From Fistulifera solaris (lineage: Eukaryota), in the NCBI GenBank assembly GCA_030295235.1, contig AP026123.1, forward strand, positions 1,550,001 through 1,614,000: a DNA stretch of 64,000 bases, read 5' to 3'. Each line of letters starts with the position of its first letter. Position 1 is the first letter of the stretch. Position numbers and translations under genes: made by a program. The notes beneath the pieces were generated by a model that searched no databases, was not told the DNA's origin, and worked only from the letters and a program-made list of their open reading frames with translations. This document shows, one piece after another, positions 25,401-36,073 of the stretch.

Positions 25401-27922
25401 CGAACGCATTGTACTTGCTTTCCCAGGCTCTGTATCTGTATTCCGTAAAGAAGACTTTTCCAGTACCAAATCGTCGTTTGAGTTTCCAACCTCCCCCGAG
25501 AAAACACTTCTGCTTAGTCCGCCATTTGTGTCCATCGACTTCGTGCTTATCTCCGCTCTTCCGTCAATTTGTTTTTTCGATTGCGAGTCACTTCGCAATA
25601 GAGTACTTGTCTCCTGAGCGATGAATTTACCACCTCCATTCAGCGAAGGCGTCTGGGCAAGCCCTGCCAAAGCAGTTGACTCTTTACCAGCAACGTGCTC
25701 TGTCCTGGGAATTAGGGTCCTTGATTGCTCGGTACCACGCGAAAGAGGCCGTTTCGGTATGGGTTCGTCGTACATATTATTAGAAGTGCCTATCGAAGAC
25801 ACACAGGCGGTCAATCTAGTATTATTGTTTGAAGCCTTGTTCATGCTTTGCTCGCCTGCGGCTTTCGCCGGAGGCATCGGGGCGGACCACCCAACCAGAC
25901 AAGTCGGGCGAGCCGGTCCTTTCAACTCGTTTCTGCCACCAGAATCTCGATGTGAAGTCAAAGTCGTAAGTCGCTTTGGTATGGGTTCACTGTACGTATT
26001 TACGACCTCCACTGGTGAAGCACAAATGTTTTGTCCGCCGTTCACTGGCTTCGTTGTCTTTTGTTCACTTTTGCCATTAGTCGGAGGCATCTGGGCGGAG
26101 CATCCTAAGTTGCTGACCGGGCGAGGTAGATTTATCGGCTTGTATCTAACACCGTATTCTGTGTTTGAGGTCATAGTAGTAGATTTGTCGAGCTCCGTAT
26201 TTCGCACCTTATTTGCTACCTTGATACCCTGGTTCAATCCATCATTCTTATCTGGCGGCTTCGTAGTCCTTTGTTCATCTTCGCCAATGGCTTTAGCCGA
26301 CGGCTGACCGCTTTGACCACGCAAGCCTGAATGGGAGTTTGATCTTTCATTCAAGTGCTGTTTACCACCTTCATCCACAAGCTGGATCTTCTTTTGCTAC
26401 TTTCACCGACAGACCTAGAGGGGCGACCATCGGAAGAAACCTTTTCATCGTTCCGGACTCGTTTTCGCTGTAGAGTTTCAATCGCAATATCGCTTTCTTT
26501 ACGCTTCTTGTTCCGTGAATCAGAAAAAGTCGCCGAAGTCTCAGCGCGGCTCATAGCAGGCGATCGAGGGTCACTTTCTAAATCTTCATTTGATGCCCGT
26601 TGCTGATCCCTGACAGACTCGAGTCGAAGGCAGCTTGCTACATGTGGAAGTGAAATAGTGTCGCCATTTGATCGGTCTACTGGTAGAGAGACTACAGCAG
26701 TATGATCGATCTTATTGAAATCGATTGTGCGAGCCAAACAAAACTTGATCTGAATCTCTTTCGCTCCTCTTCTCCGAACGTCTCCAATACGTCTTTTGAG
26801 GTCTTCAATAGTTTTGCAGGAAGCGCCATCGGCTTGCAAGATAATAGCCCCAAAAGCAAGGTTCTCCGGCGAAACCACATCGGCAAGTTGTCCTTTGTAG
26901 ACATCTTCCTTTTTCAAAACAAGCAGACCGAACTGGTTATCACTATTCTCTACTCTGACACCCAAGCTTTGCGTTGCATCTAATTTCAGTGTTAATTCGA
27001 TTCCCTTGAGACGCAGCTGCTGAATTGTATGACTTGCAACACGCTTTCTAAGTTGTTTTCCCCAGTGTGCGAAAAAGAGTCCCACTATTTCCTTGGGACC
27101 TTCCGCACAAAGTAGCCAGGTTTGCGGGCTGCCTTTGATATCCGTTAAAGTCGTTTTCAACTGCGTCTCTTTCGCTTTAGCCGCGCGTTCTTGTTCGAAT
27201 CTCGCCGTGCATTCGGTCAAAAACTCGCTTGTGACGAACTCTTTCTTGCTTCCAGGCAAAAGTCGTGGTACCTTCAGCTGAGCCCGAATCATAGTGTCTG
27301 GCTTTTCTTCAGTACGCAACTTTTCGACTTCCCTTTCTACCTCCACGATACGACTTTCCAAGTCTTTCAACAACTGCTTTTCTTCATCACGGCAAAGCAA
27401 GTCATCCAGAGTCTTGATCCACTCCTTTTCTTCGGCGCGACGAATGGACATTTCGATGCGCTCCAACTCGTCCGATTCCAACTTGGCGTAGCATTTATCT
27501 TCAACTTTCATTACAAAAACAGGAGTGAAACGACTGGAAGAGTGAGATGAACCGGGAGAGGAGACGATAGGGTATTTATCCGACCATTCCGCCGCTTGAT
27601 CGACTTGCATATTCCTCATGTCTTCATCAGTGTCATCATCGGCCTCCATTGCTTCATTAATTGCTTGACCTTCTCCTCCATTAGGCCTGTTCGCTTGTGC
27701 ATTAGCTACATGCTGCTCATTCTCGAGCTCCATCAAGCCCTCGTTTCGTTGCAAAGACGGATCAAGGTTGTTCCCCAAAAGCTGTTGAGCCCCGATATTA
27801 TTTTTGTAACAAGGGATCACGATGGAGATCTTCCAAAGGAAATAATGCAACGTCTTGTTCACGACCGAGACAAAGACCAGCAACTTGCTCGGTACGGCTG
27901 CGACGCTGTTCGTTCGGAACAA
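22419..27922 (-). CDS. PDZ-PDZ-ankyrin-CCCH-CCCH protein, paralog B; one frameshift at ~26370; start uncertain
   Basis: 523-aa and 1319-aa ORFs. PDZ-like LDATQSLGVRV...GAIILQADG and LDPALPLGFY...GQASKDDRIQPGTKL, ankyrin TLLHAAIA..LELGANP, and CCCH fingers CRHFEKSQTCPRHDRCHFIH and CRYWPRCKDNDQKCRYFH. Confidence 0.8.
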
Positions 27923-28540
27923 TCGCCTGAATGAAATTTCCCCGCAAGGCCGAGTCGTCCATGGTCGTAAAAGTGGTTCTTTTGCTTAGTGCGTTTGAAT
28001 GCTGCCTTGTTGATAAAGAGTCGTCTTCGTTACAGAAAAAATTATGACGCTGCTGACAAGCGAGTATAGGCTAGTCCGGGAATAATGGCTTGATTATCAG
28101 CGTTCGGCCTCTCTTTACGGCATGGACACGGCGTTTGAACTGTGTTTATTCTTTTGGTCTCTCGTCTCTTTGCTGCTGCGGCGCTGCTTTGCTGTGTGCG
28201 CGGACGGTGGGAGAAAATTTCTGCCGCCGAAAGCGCCGGCCGAGCCAGACAAGTCTGACGTAGAGAGTAGCTGAAATAAGACTGGAAAGACAATGGTCTA
28301 AATAGTTAGTTAACGCGCAATGAGAATGTACATCTGATTACCGTTACGAGTTCGCAAAACCAATAGACGGATGAAGCAAGGACGGATAAAGCGAAACAAT
28401 AAACAACAACGACAAACGACAACGAAGCACTCTTTTCCTTCCGAAGATCTCCTTTATTATTCAATTACCGTACCAGTATCCAGCTCAACGAAGTTGCTTC
28501 GCATTCTATTCACAATCATTTACGTCGCATACAATCAGAA

Positions 28541-28998
28541 ATGGCGCCCATCAATGTCGTAACAATGATGCTCATGCCGGTGTCGCAAGCCGTCTCGTGG
28601 CATATGATTCTGACACAAGAACTCTACCCCACTTTGTTCAAATTGTCGTGCTTTTACGGAAGTTGGGCCATCTATAATGTTGTCACCGGAGGAAAAGATT
28701 TGGCGTTTGTCAGTTTTGGTCTTTTGGCGTCCGCCGTCCATTTCAAAAATCACAAATTCATTTTTGCGGCGAGTTCGTTGGTTTTCGTCAATTACGCTCT
28801 GCCCTTTGTTTTTGTGGCTCGATGGAGTGCGGCGAAACTAGCGAAAGTGATCAAAAAGCTGATGAAAGCACATTGGCTTTGATGTGGGGGTACATCTACA
28901 AGCTGTACTTTGTCAGCAACATCTGTCTTTGGGCATTTGTCATTTACAAAGTTTATACATCGTTTGAAGGCTACCGAAGAATCAACGGAGTCCAATAA
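28541..28998 (+). CDS. Hypothetical multi-pass membrane protein; frameshift at ~28855
   Basis: Hydrophobic ORF from ATG 28541. After an A-run indel it continues ADESTLALMWGYIYKLYFVSNICLWAFVIYKVY to TAA at 28996-28998. Confidence 0.65.
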
Positions 28999-29246
28999 AT
29001 TGCAAGAGGGAACTGCTTTTCGTGCCTAAACAGGCTCCCTTTCCGTGGTAGATTCAGTAGAGTGGGGAAGCTGTCGGCTAGTGAGAGAAAATCATTACAA
29101 GAACTAGCTAAAGGAATAGATGACAAACGGCAATAATTTCTGTAGCTTCTTGTTCAACGGGAGTTTGTTCGTCTCGCATTTACAGTAGTCAAAATTAGCC
29201 TTCGAAGCAGGGATTAACTAGACTAGTCTAGCAAAAGATCCAAAAA

Positions 29247-29328
29247 CGTTGGCGACAGGACTCGAACCTGCGCGGGATAGACCCAAGTGATTTCTAATCA
29301 ATCGCCTTAACCACTCGGCCACGCCAAC
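29247..29328 (-). tRNA. tRNA-Ser (anticodon AGA)
   Basis: GTTGGCGTGGCCGAGTGGTTAAGGCG-ATTGA-TTAGAAA-TCACT-(long variable arm)-GCAGGTTCGAGTCCTGT-CGCCAAC-G, 82 nt, followed by a TTTTT Pol III terminator. Confidence 0.96.
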
Positions 29329-29522
29329 TGTACCGCACAGTGGATGAAAATAAATTTACAATCCGATAGACTTATTGTGGATGGTCATTCACCAAAAAAC
29401 TTGAAACACCCATGGTCACAAAAGAGCAAACCAAAGTTTGTTATCGTCCTCTATTATCGAATTAGACCAAGAGAACGCAATAACTTATGAATGAAAATAC
29501 AGGCTCCTTGTGAGGCACAAGA

Positions 29523-30676
29523 ATGGACGCGGGCAAGGATTATCAACAACATGTCGCTCAAGCCAGAGGGGTTCACTCGAGTCATGCCTTGATATCTCTG
29601 TGTTTCGTACTCTCGCTTCTATTAACGGGCATCGAGTGGTCGTCTCTTTCACAAGATACTCTGGAATCAAATGTAGAGAAAGACATGTCGAATGATTTGC
29701 TACTTGGCGTTCGTCCAGCAGTCAATCAACCGATTCATTTAAGAGACATTCCGTCGAACGAAACGAGGAACGTTATCCTCGTTGAACCCGACATGATGGC
29801 GACCGAAACCATTTTTAAATTTTCTTTCCACGCGGGCTGCTTCACGATGCGAAACAGAGAAATGAGAAACAATTGCAATCGCAATGCGCCATACACCAAA
29901 CTAGACTCCATTCTAAAGAATGTCAACGTGTTATATCATCCACGTTTCGGCGCTACTCGGGACGCCACCACACTCTTTTCAACTTGAGGCACCCGGTAGA
30001 TCGACTCGTTACTTGGTACAACTATGCACACCCAGACAACTGTATAAATCAGTCACTTGGCTGTCTCACCAAACGAAAGATTGAGAAAGATCCGGAGGGC
30101 TGGGAGTTTCATTTCTTTCGACGATGTTTTCCTGTATTCGACAATCTCATCGAGACCTTTCAAAACGACTTTACCGAAGAGTATACCGGCAATTACAATT
30201 CAACATGTACTTACCTTGCCGAGAAACTAGTCAGTGGCGAGCGCGACGAGAACGAGATTGCTATTCATATGGCGGCGAACCTTCGCCACTATCACACAAA
30301 TACTATTGCTCTCTATCCTTACAAGGAAACATGGGTTGTCCGAACAGAACACGTATACGACGATCTCAATGCTCTCGAATTGCTATTAGGTGGCGAAAGC
30401 GATCAGTATGGAGGGAATGAGTTCTTTGCAAGTCTTACGAAGCATGTAGATGAGTTTCTCGTGAAACAGGTCGTGCCTCAACACACTGCAAAGCTTTTAT
30501 GCTGTGTGCTCATAGATGATCTGATTGTGTACAGTGACGTACTCAACCGGGCTGGGAATATGGACGAGATTTCTAAGCACGACGAGTGGAGCGATGTCAT
30601 GCAAAGATGTGGCGTCGATGCATGGACCAAATTGAAACAAGACTGTAGTACGATAAGTAAATTAAAGAACTCTTAA
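29523..30676 (+). CDS. Type II membrane protein, sulfotransferase-like; frameshift at ~29975
   Basis: N-terminal TM segment (ALISLCFVLSLLL). LFNLRHPVDRLVTWYNY resembles the PAPS 3'-phosphate-binding motif, and VVRTEHVYDDL resembles the downstream R.E.L..D motif. Confidence 0.6.
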
Positions 30677-30741
30677 TCCCAAGCGCTTGGTAACAATCGG
30701 TGCAATCGAATGACCAATGAATTCTGTAAGTAAGTGTTTAT

Positions 30742-32439
30742 CTATGCATTCATCAATTCCATCAACTCTTTATCAGCTTCCCTCATCATGGCGTCCAATC
30801 CAGACACGACATCTTCCAATGTCATATCGTCGGAACCGAGAGAAGCAGTTGCGTCCGTCGAGCAATCCCCGTCCACCTTAAACTGCTCAAAGCCCTCTTT
30901 AACTTCTTTCAGCAAGTTATCAACGTTTCTCTCAAACTCTTTATCGCTGAGCTTTTTCTTTTTCTCGTGCATTGGGGTCTGTGTCGTCGCTAGCTAGCAG
31001 CAGAGCACTACGCTCGAGTACTTCACCCTCTGGAATTTCTCCAGTTTTCGATGGCGATTCTTGATTCTCGCTTCGTTTGAAACTCCCATCAAGTATACTG
31101 ACCGTGAGCGGCAGCGCTAAAAATTTGCGCATGTGAATAACAACCTCTTCGTGACGCAGGTCTCCAGCAGCTTCAAATCTTTCCGCAGCTTGACGGTACA
31201 AATCCATAATCTCGTTGACCCTGTTAACCGTAGGGTCGTGCTTCAATGCTAACTCTTTTGTCTGTATTTCCTGCACCAGCTGCATCGCTTCGTTGATTGC
31301 TCGGTAGGCCGCTGCATTCGTGTGCTTACCCCTCACGCCGTGGTCTTTCAGAACTGACTGAATTTGATGGACGGCATCTGCTGAATCGGGACACATGTAA
31401 ATCAAGGGTTCATCCAGAGCAGGCTTGAAGAATAGCGAAAGAGACTCTTGTCTCCGGAACTTCAGTTTGGCGAGCATATCGATGGGAATGCAAAAAGTAA
31501 CCGTCCCGTTTGTCGTTTGCAATTTGCTGGCTTTCAATTCGATAATGTGCGTATCCGTAATCATGAGAAAAGTCTCTTCAATAATACTTCGAGCCGACTT
31601 TTGAAAAGAGCGTAGCATAGCGCCCGCGCTTTTAAAGGATTTTTGCTCTTCTTTATGAGATGCCGTCTGAATGATTTCATCCACAAAAGCTGGTCGCTTA
31701 ATGGCTTTGCACGAATATACACCCCGCGCATCGACCCACGGTTCGTCCAACAAATTGATTTCATCTCCTGCTTTGACATTACTAGGCTTTACAGCGCTTC
31801 GCGTCGGTGTTCCCTTTCCGCCTGCTGGCTCTTTGCTGCCAAACGCTTTGCTCAGACCTTTCGTTACATTGTCGGCGAATCGTCGCGCCCCTTTCTGAAG
31901 CTCTTCTACAGGATCGATAATCTCGCTTCCTTCTGCTGCCTCAAATGGTTCTCCTTCTTTGATGCTCTCTTTTACTTTAAGTGCGACATTCATGATAGCA
32001 TCCGTTAGATGAAGACTTGGCGTCCAGTCAATATCCATAGGAACGCGATTTCCGTCACGGATGGTAGAACCCGACGGAAAACAACCAGCGCCAGACTCTA
32101 AAATAACCACCGGAGGCGTAAAAGGATACGACGGAGTCTCTGCATCTAAACTTCCATCGGATCTTTTCCGAAGCGAAGCATCCACTTTCACCACAATAAC
32201 ATGCATCACTTCGGAACGGGGTGCCAATTTCGTCACCAATTCGATTGCGAAATCGACATAACATATTCCCTCCCAATATCCAATTTGTGATCTTTGATTG
32301 TAACAAAACTAGGAATGACGGAACGAACTTCATCGGTTGATCCAGCCGTGGCGTTGTCGGTCGTGAGCGCCAGGAGTTCGCGTTGGACCCGGGTCGACCA
32401 AATGTCCGCGTTGCTGTTGTGTTTCTCTTGTCCCGGCAT
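30742..32439 (-). CDS. Protein with an N-terminal UBC-like/UEV fold and C-terminal PH-like and helical regions; frameshifts at ~32260 and ~30972
   Basis: WSTRVQRELLAL, YPFTPPVV and DWTPSLHLTDAIMNV resemble E2-fold elements, with no active-site HPN...C. FLMITDTHIIELK...LAKLKFRR is PH-like. Confidence 0.55.
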
Positions 32440-32989
32440 TCTGTCCGCACAATCGTATATTCTTTGCTATGGGTTGCGATGAAAAGAACTACAAGAAAAA
32501 TAAGAAAGAATATTCAATATTGTGAGAAGGAAAAAGCAGGAAAAGCTCAACGTAAGATGCGAATGCAATTGCTGGACGGATGTACCGTTGTCCATCGAGT
32601 GTGTACTACGACTACCGCTGTCTCTTCTATCACAAGAAGCTCTCTTACCGAATGAGTTGTTTAATTATATTATGTATTTCGAAGTAAAGAATAAATATTG
32701 CTTCAGAGTCACACCCTATCTCCGTTTTATTTCTTTGTTATTCAAGTGCAACGCGAAAAAACTGCTCCACATGCAGTCTTTGTCGCAGTCGCATCGTTGG
32801 AGAGAAAGCGTGTAAGCAATGCACGTCATTCAGATCCTACCGGTACCCAAAATTCCGCCACAACAAAAAAGCAGCAATTTTCAAAAAAAGGCTACGAAAC
32901 TTCGGTTTGCTCAGCTTAACTGGTAAGCAGAATGAGTATCTTTCATTGCAACGCAACGATGCAGCAGCAATCGTGTTGCGTGCTTCGAT

Positions 32990-33292
32990 TCTTTACGTCG
33001 AAATTCGTTGCGGGTCGTTAGTAAGTTCTAGCCATTTTTGATTGACTTTACCAAGACTGCATTTCAGTCATGAATCATTTTCTTTTACCGAGCCACTAGA
33101 CTGCCTTTAGTTTCTAGCTAGCTTAGTGCTCTAAAATTATAATGTAATTACAATACAACTACTTTCAGTATCATTTGCTAATGCGCGCCTCGATCGTTAC
33201 GTCGAGACTCGTTGCGGATCACTTTCTTGACCATTACTGTAGTCCTTAACTGTAGGAGACAATCACCACGACTGCTGTTTTAGTCACGAAAG
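32990..33292 (+). repeat. Dispersed ~220-bp intergenic element (about 1.4 tandem units)
   Basis: Motif B TTACGTCGA at 32993 and 33197. Motif A GACTGCATTTCAGTCATGAA at 33055, with a degenerate copy at ~33270. Aligns with 43190-43445. Confidence 0.75.
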
Positions 33293-33460
33293 TGTTAGCG
33301 ATTGCAAGATTTTTGCTCAAAACACCATGGACATTTAGCGCGTTCAACCAAAACACGTTGAACGCACCTCTGTCTCTTAAGAAACACCGACTGCCTAAAT
33401 AAATACAGGCTTAACGACGGCATCGTCACACGAGAGAAGTTTCGTTCGGAATAAGTAATC

Positions 33461-34479
33461 ATGAGTACACCACTCCGAAGGTCGCCGCGTCAACCAATTT
33501 CGCCTATTGCTTCTGAGGTAGGTTCTTTTCCTCTTTGCGCCGTGTCTCGTGTTTGTTCTATCAGCATCGCATTAAAGTGACGATGACATCGAGTAGCAAA
33601 AGAACTGGGAAAAATGCGTTATTCGATCCGTTTTGGCATCGTATAGTGCAGGATTGTCTCGATCCTTCCCTGTCTGTCAGCTACAAAGCAAACACAACAG
33701 AACGGACACTACCAGAGAACTCAAACCAATTGACAGGACAAAGAATCATTATGCGGGAACCCGTTCGTCGCTCCTTCGGTCCACCGGAACCCAGTGTCTC
33801 ACGCGTTTTTCCTCAACCGACGAATCTTGTCATTCTGGACGACCTGCAGGAAGAACGAGAGCAAGCACTTCGTGACTACAAGGTAACGATCGAGTACAAA
33901 CACCTGAAATCTCATGCACCGGGTGGTGTGTACGTGATTCCTAGTTTGGATGATTTGCGAACCTTTTACGGCATCATTTTTGTGCGCCGCGGTGTCTTTG
34001 CGAATGGTATCTTCAAGTTCGTCTTGCGTCTACCACTCCTGTACAACGACGTCGATCAACACCCTCGCATTACGTTTCAATCGGAAGTGTACAACCCGTA
34101 CGTGGACGAAGCGACCGGTGAATTGGATATCAAGACAGCTTACCCGAATTGGGATCCGTCCAAGCATTATCTCGTTACTGTGTTGACGTTCTTGAAGAAA
34201 ATCTTTTACGCCAAATCCTTCGGGGATGCTCAAGCGAACATGGAAGCACGGCAACTTGCGGAGGAAAATACGGCCGTCTACAGAGCCAAAGTTGATGCCT
34301 GTGTCAGTAAATCGCAAAAGGACGTGTATGACAATGACCCGGAGTCGGTGGCAAAGTTCACCGAAGAGCAACTAAGTCACCGAGTTCTGAGGGACCTGTT
34401 GAAGGCAAATGTCAAGGATCCAGCGCAAGTGAGTAAGACGGCACTTTTGTCGATGATATCAAAAGCGAGTAACGTTTAA
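33461..34479 (+). CDS. AKTIP: AKTIP/FTS/crossbronx-like ubiquitin-conjugating enzyme variant; probable 5' intron starting at 33518
   Basis: IEYKHLKSHAPGGVYVIPS...FYGIIFVRRGVFANGIFKF...YNPYVDEATGELDI (Asp in place of the catalytic Cys) and LTFLKKIFY. Confidence 0.8.
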
Positions 34480-34752
34480 AATGGTTGAGGCGCTTTTGGA
34501 ATCATGAATTAAGCATTTTGTTTGTTTAGGTGATATCTACAAATCATTACGTAGAGGGCAATATGATGCCCTTTCTCTCAAATTTGAATACATGCCTGAA
34601 GAGAGGGAACGGTTGATACATCGCTGTTCGGCGTCGAAATAAATTGCGAAGCTTAGAAATGTCAAAATTTACGTGCTGAGCCTTGAGAATGATAATTTTC
34701 TCCCTAACATGAGATATAGTCAACTCAACGACCTATAATCAGCGCTGAAAGT

Positions 34753-35427
34753 TCATTTCGGCTTCGGTTTCCACGACAAGAGTTGAACAACCCTCCGTAA
34801 AAGTCTTCCGTCCTTTGAACTCTTGCGGCGCTGTTGACGTATTGTCGCTACTTCCAAACAAACATCACGTAACTCACGAAGCGAAAGCCCCGAGTCCAAA
34901 AGCTCATCCTGGCGAGACCGGGAAGGCGTCAGCATTTCCATTCGAATACGACGAGGAGGTCGTTGCTGTTCATAATCATCAATCGAAACTTGAATATGTT
35001 CGACAGCTTTCCATCCGATTCCTACCGGAGGTCCAGTCGAAGGAACGCTGGCTCCGAGACCCTTTTCGTGTACGTGAATATCAATTGTCGACCATCTTAT
35101 GGATGTGCTGCGACTGGTGGCGCGTTCAATTTCCGAATCACCGGCATCTACAGAGGAAGGCGGTGTTAATCGTCCAAACGATGAATCGAGTAAATCAAGA
35201 GTATAAGCTGCGCTATCGTTCCATGATTCTTCGACAGGTAACAGCTTGCGGGTATTCTCTAAGTTCTTCTTCTGCGGGCACGTAGCTTTTTGATCGGAAT
35301 GGTCTTTGGAGACGGGTATTTTGATTAGCTGTTTTTCATGCTCTGGGGGTTTCTGCTCCGCACTTCTACATCGATGCGTGGAAACTTTCCTTCTGGATGG
35401 GCTCAAATATTGAACAGCGTTAGCCAT
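34753..35427 (-). CDS. Hypothetical protein with a CSRNP-N-like domain, a family common in diatoms
   Basis: IRWSTIDIHVH..GLGASVPSTGPPVGIGW....SIDDYE..R...R..LL..G.S..E motif. Confidence 0.65.
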   Translation of the reverse strand: MANAVQYLSPSRRKVSTHRCRSAEQKPPEHEKQLIKIPVSKDHSDQKATCPQKKNLENTRKLLPVEESWNDSAAYTLDLLDSSFGRLTPPSSVDAGDSEIERATSRSTSIRWSTIDIHVHEKGLGASVPSTGPPVGIGWKAVEHIQVSIDDYEQQRPPRRIRMEMLTPSRSRQDELLDSGLSLRELRDVCLEVATIRQQRRKSSKDGRLLRRVVQLLSWKPKPK

Positions 35428-36073
35428 GGTTGTGAATTGCGTAATGATGGAGTAGATTTTGTGATGATATCCTCGTCCCCGGCGAATCGATGACATAGAG
35501 CAAGCGACCCGTTTGCAAAGCTTTGGGGGTTTGATGAAAAGCGACAGTTTGCAACGATAAAAAGAGAGCCAACAGGCTCAATCTGTTGTCGATCGTTCTT
35601 TTCATCCACGGACAAGAATTCCTTTCGCGTCCAAGAAAGACGTTCGATCCGATACCATCAGTACTGTCAGTGATGCTTTGCTTAAATAAGTCTATCGTAG
35701 CGGTACACACGTTCGGTCTTCGTAATTATGACTGTCAACACTCGTTGCAAAGTTCCTGTTGTGTGCTCGGAACTTTGTCAATCCTGTCGTGTTTCGTGTT
35801 TGAAGTCGTTCGCTTGTTGTGTCTGGCTCAGAAAGTAGGGGTACTTCAATGTTGAGAATCGCGCTACATTCTAGAAAATACAAAGGATTTATTATGAAGC
35901 TCAAAGTACTCCGGTAAAAACAGTAGCAATTCGTAAGACTCATTGTAATCACGGATGTGATTTTGGAAACTAACGAGCAACGCGAAACTGTGTTAGCCGA
36001 TTTCAGACTACGAGCGACAAGTCTACTTGAGCAACATCCAGTTACTAGTCTGTAAGTTTATTGTTAACGGCCC

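Noticed and set aside
14232..27922. The two large paralogs as a haplotype or assembly duplication
   Set aside because: The proteins are substantially diverged with large indels, and the flanking and intervening genes are not duplicated.
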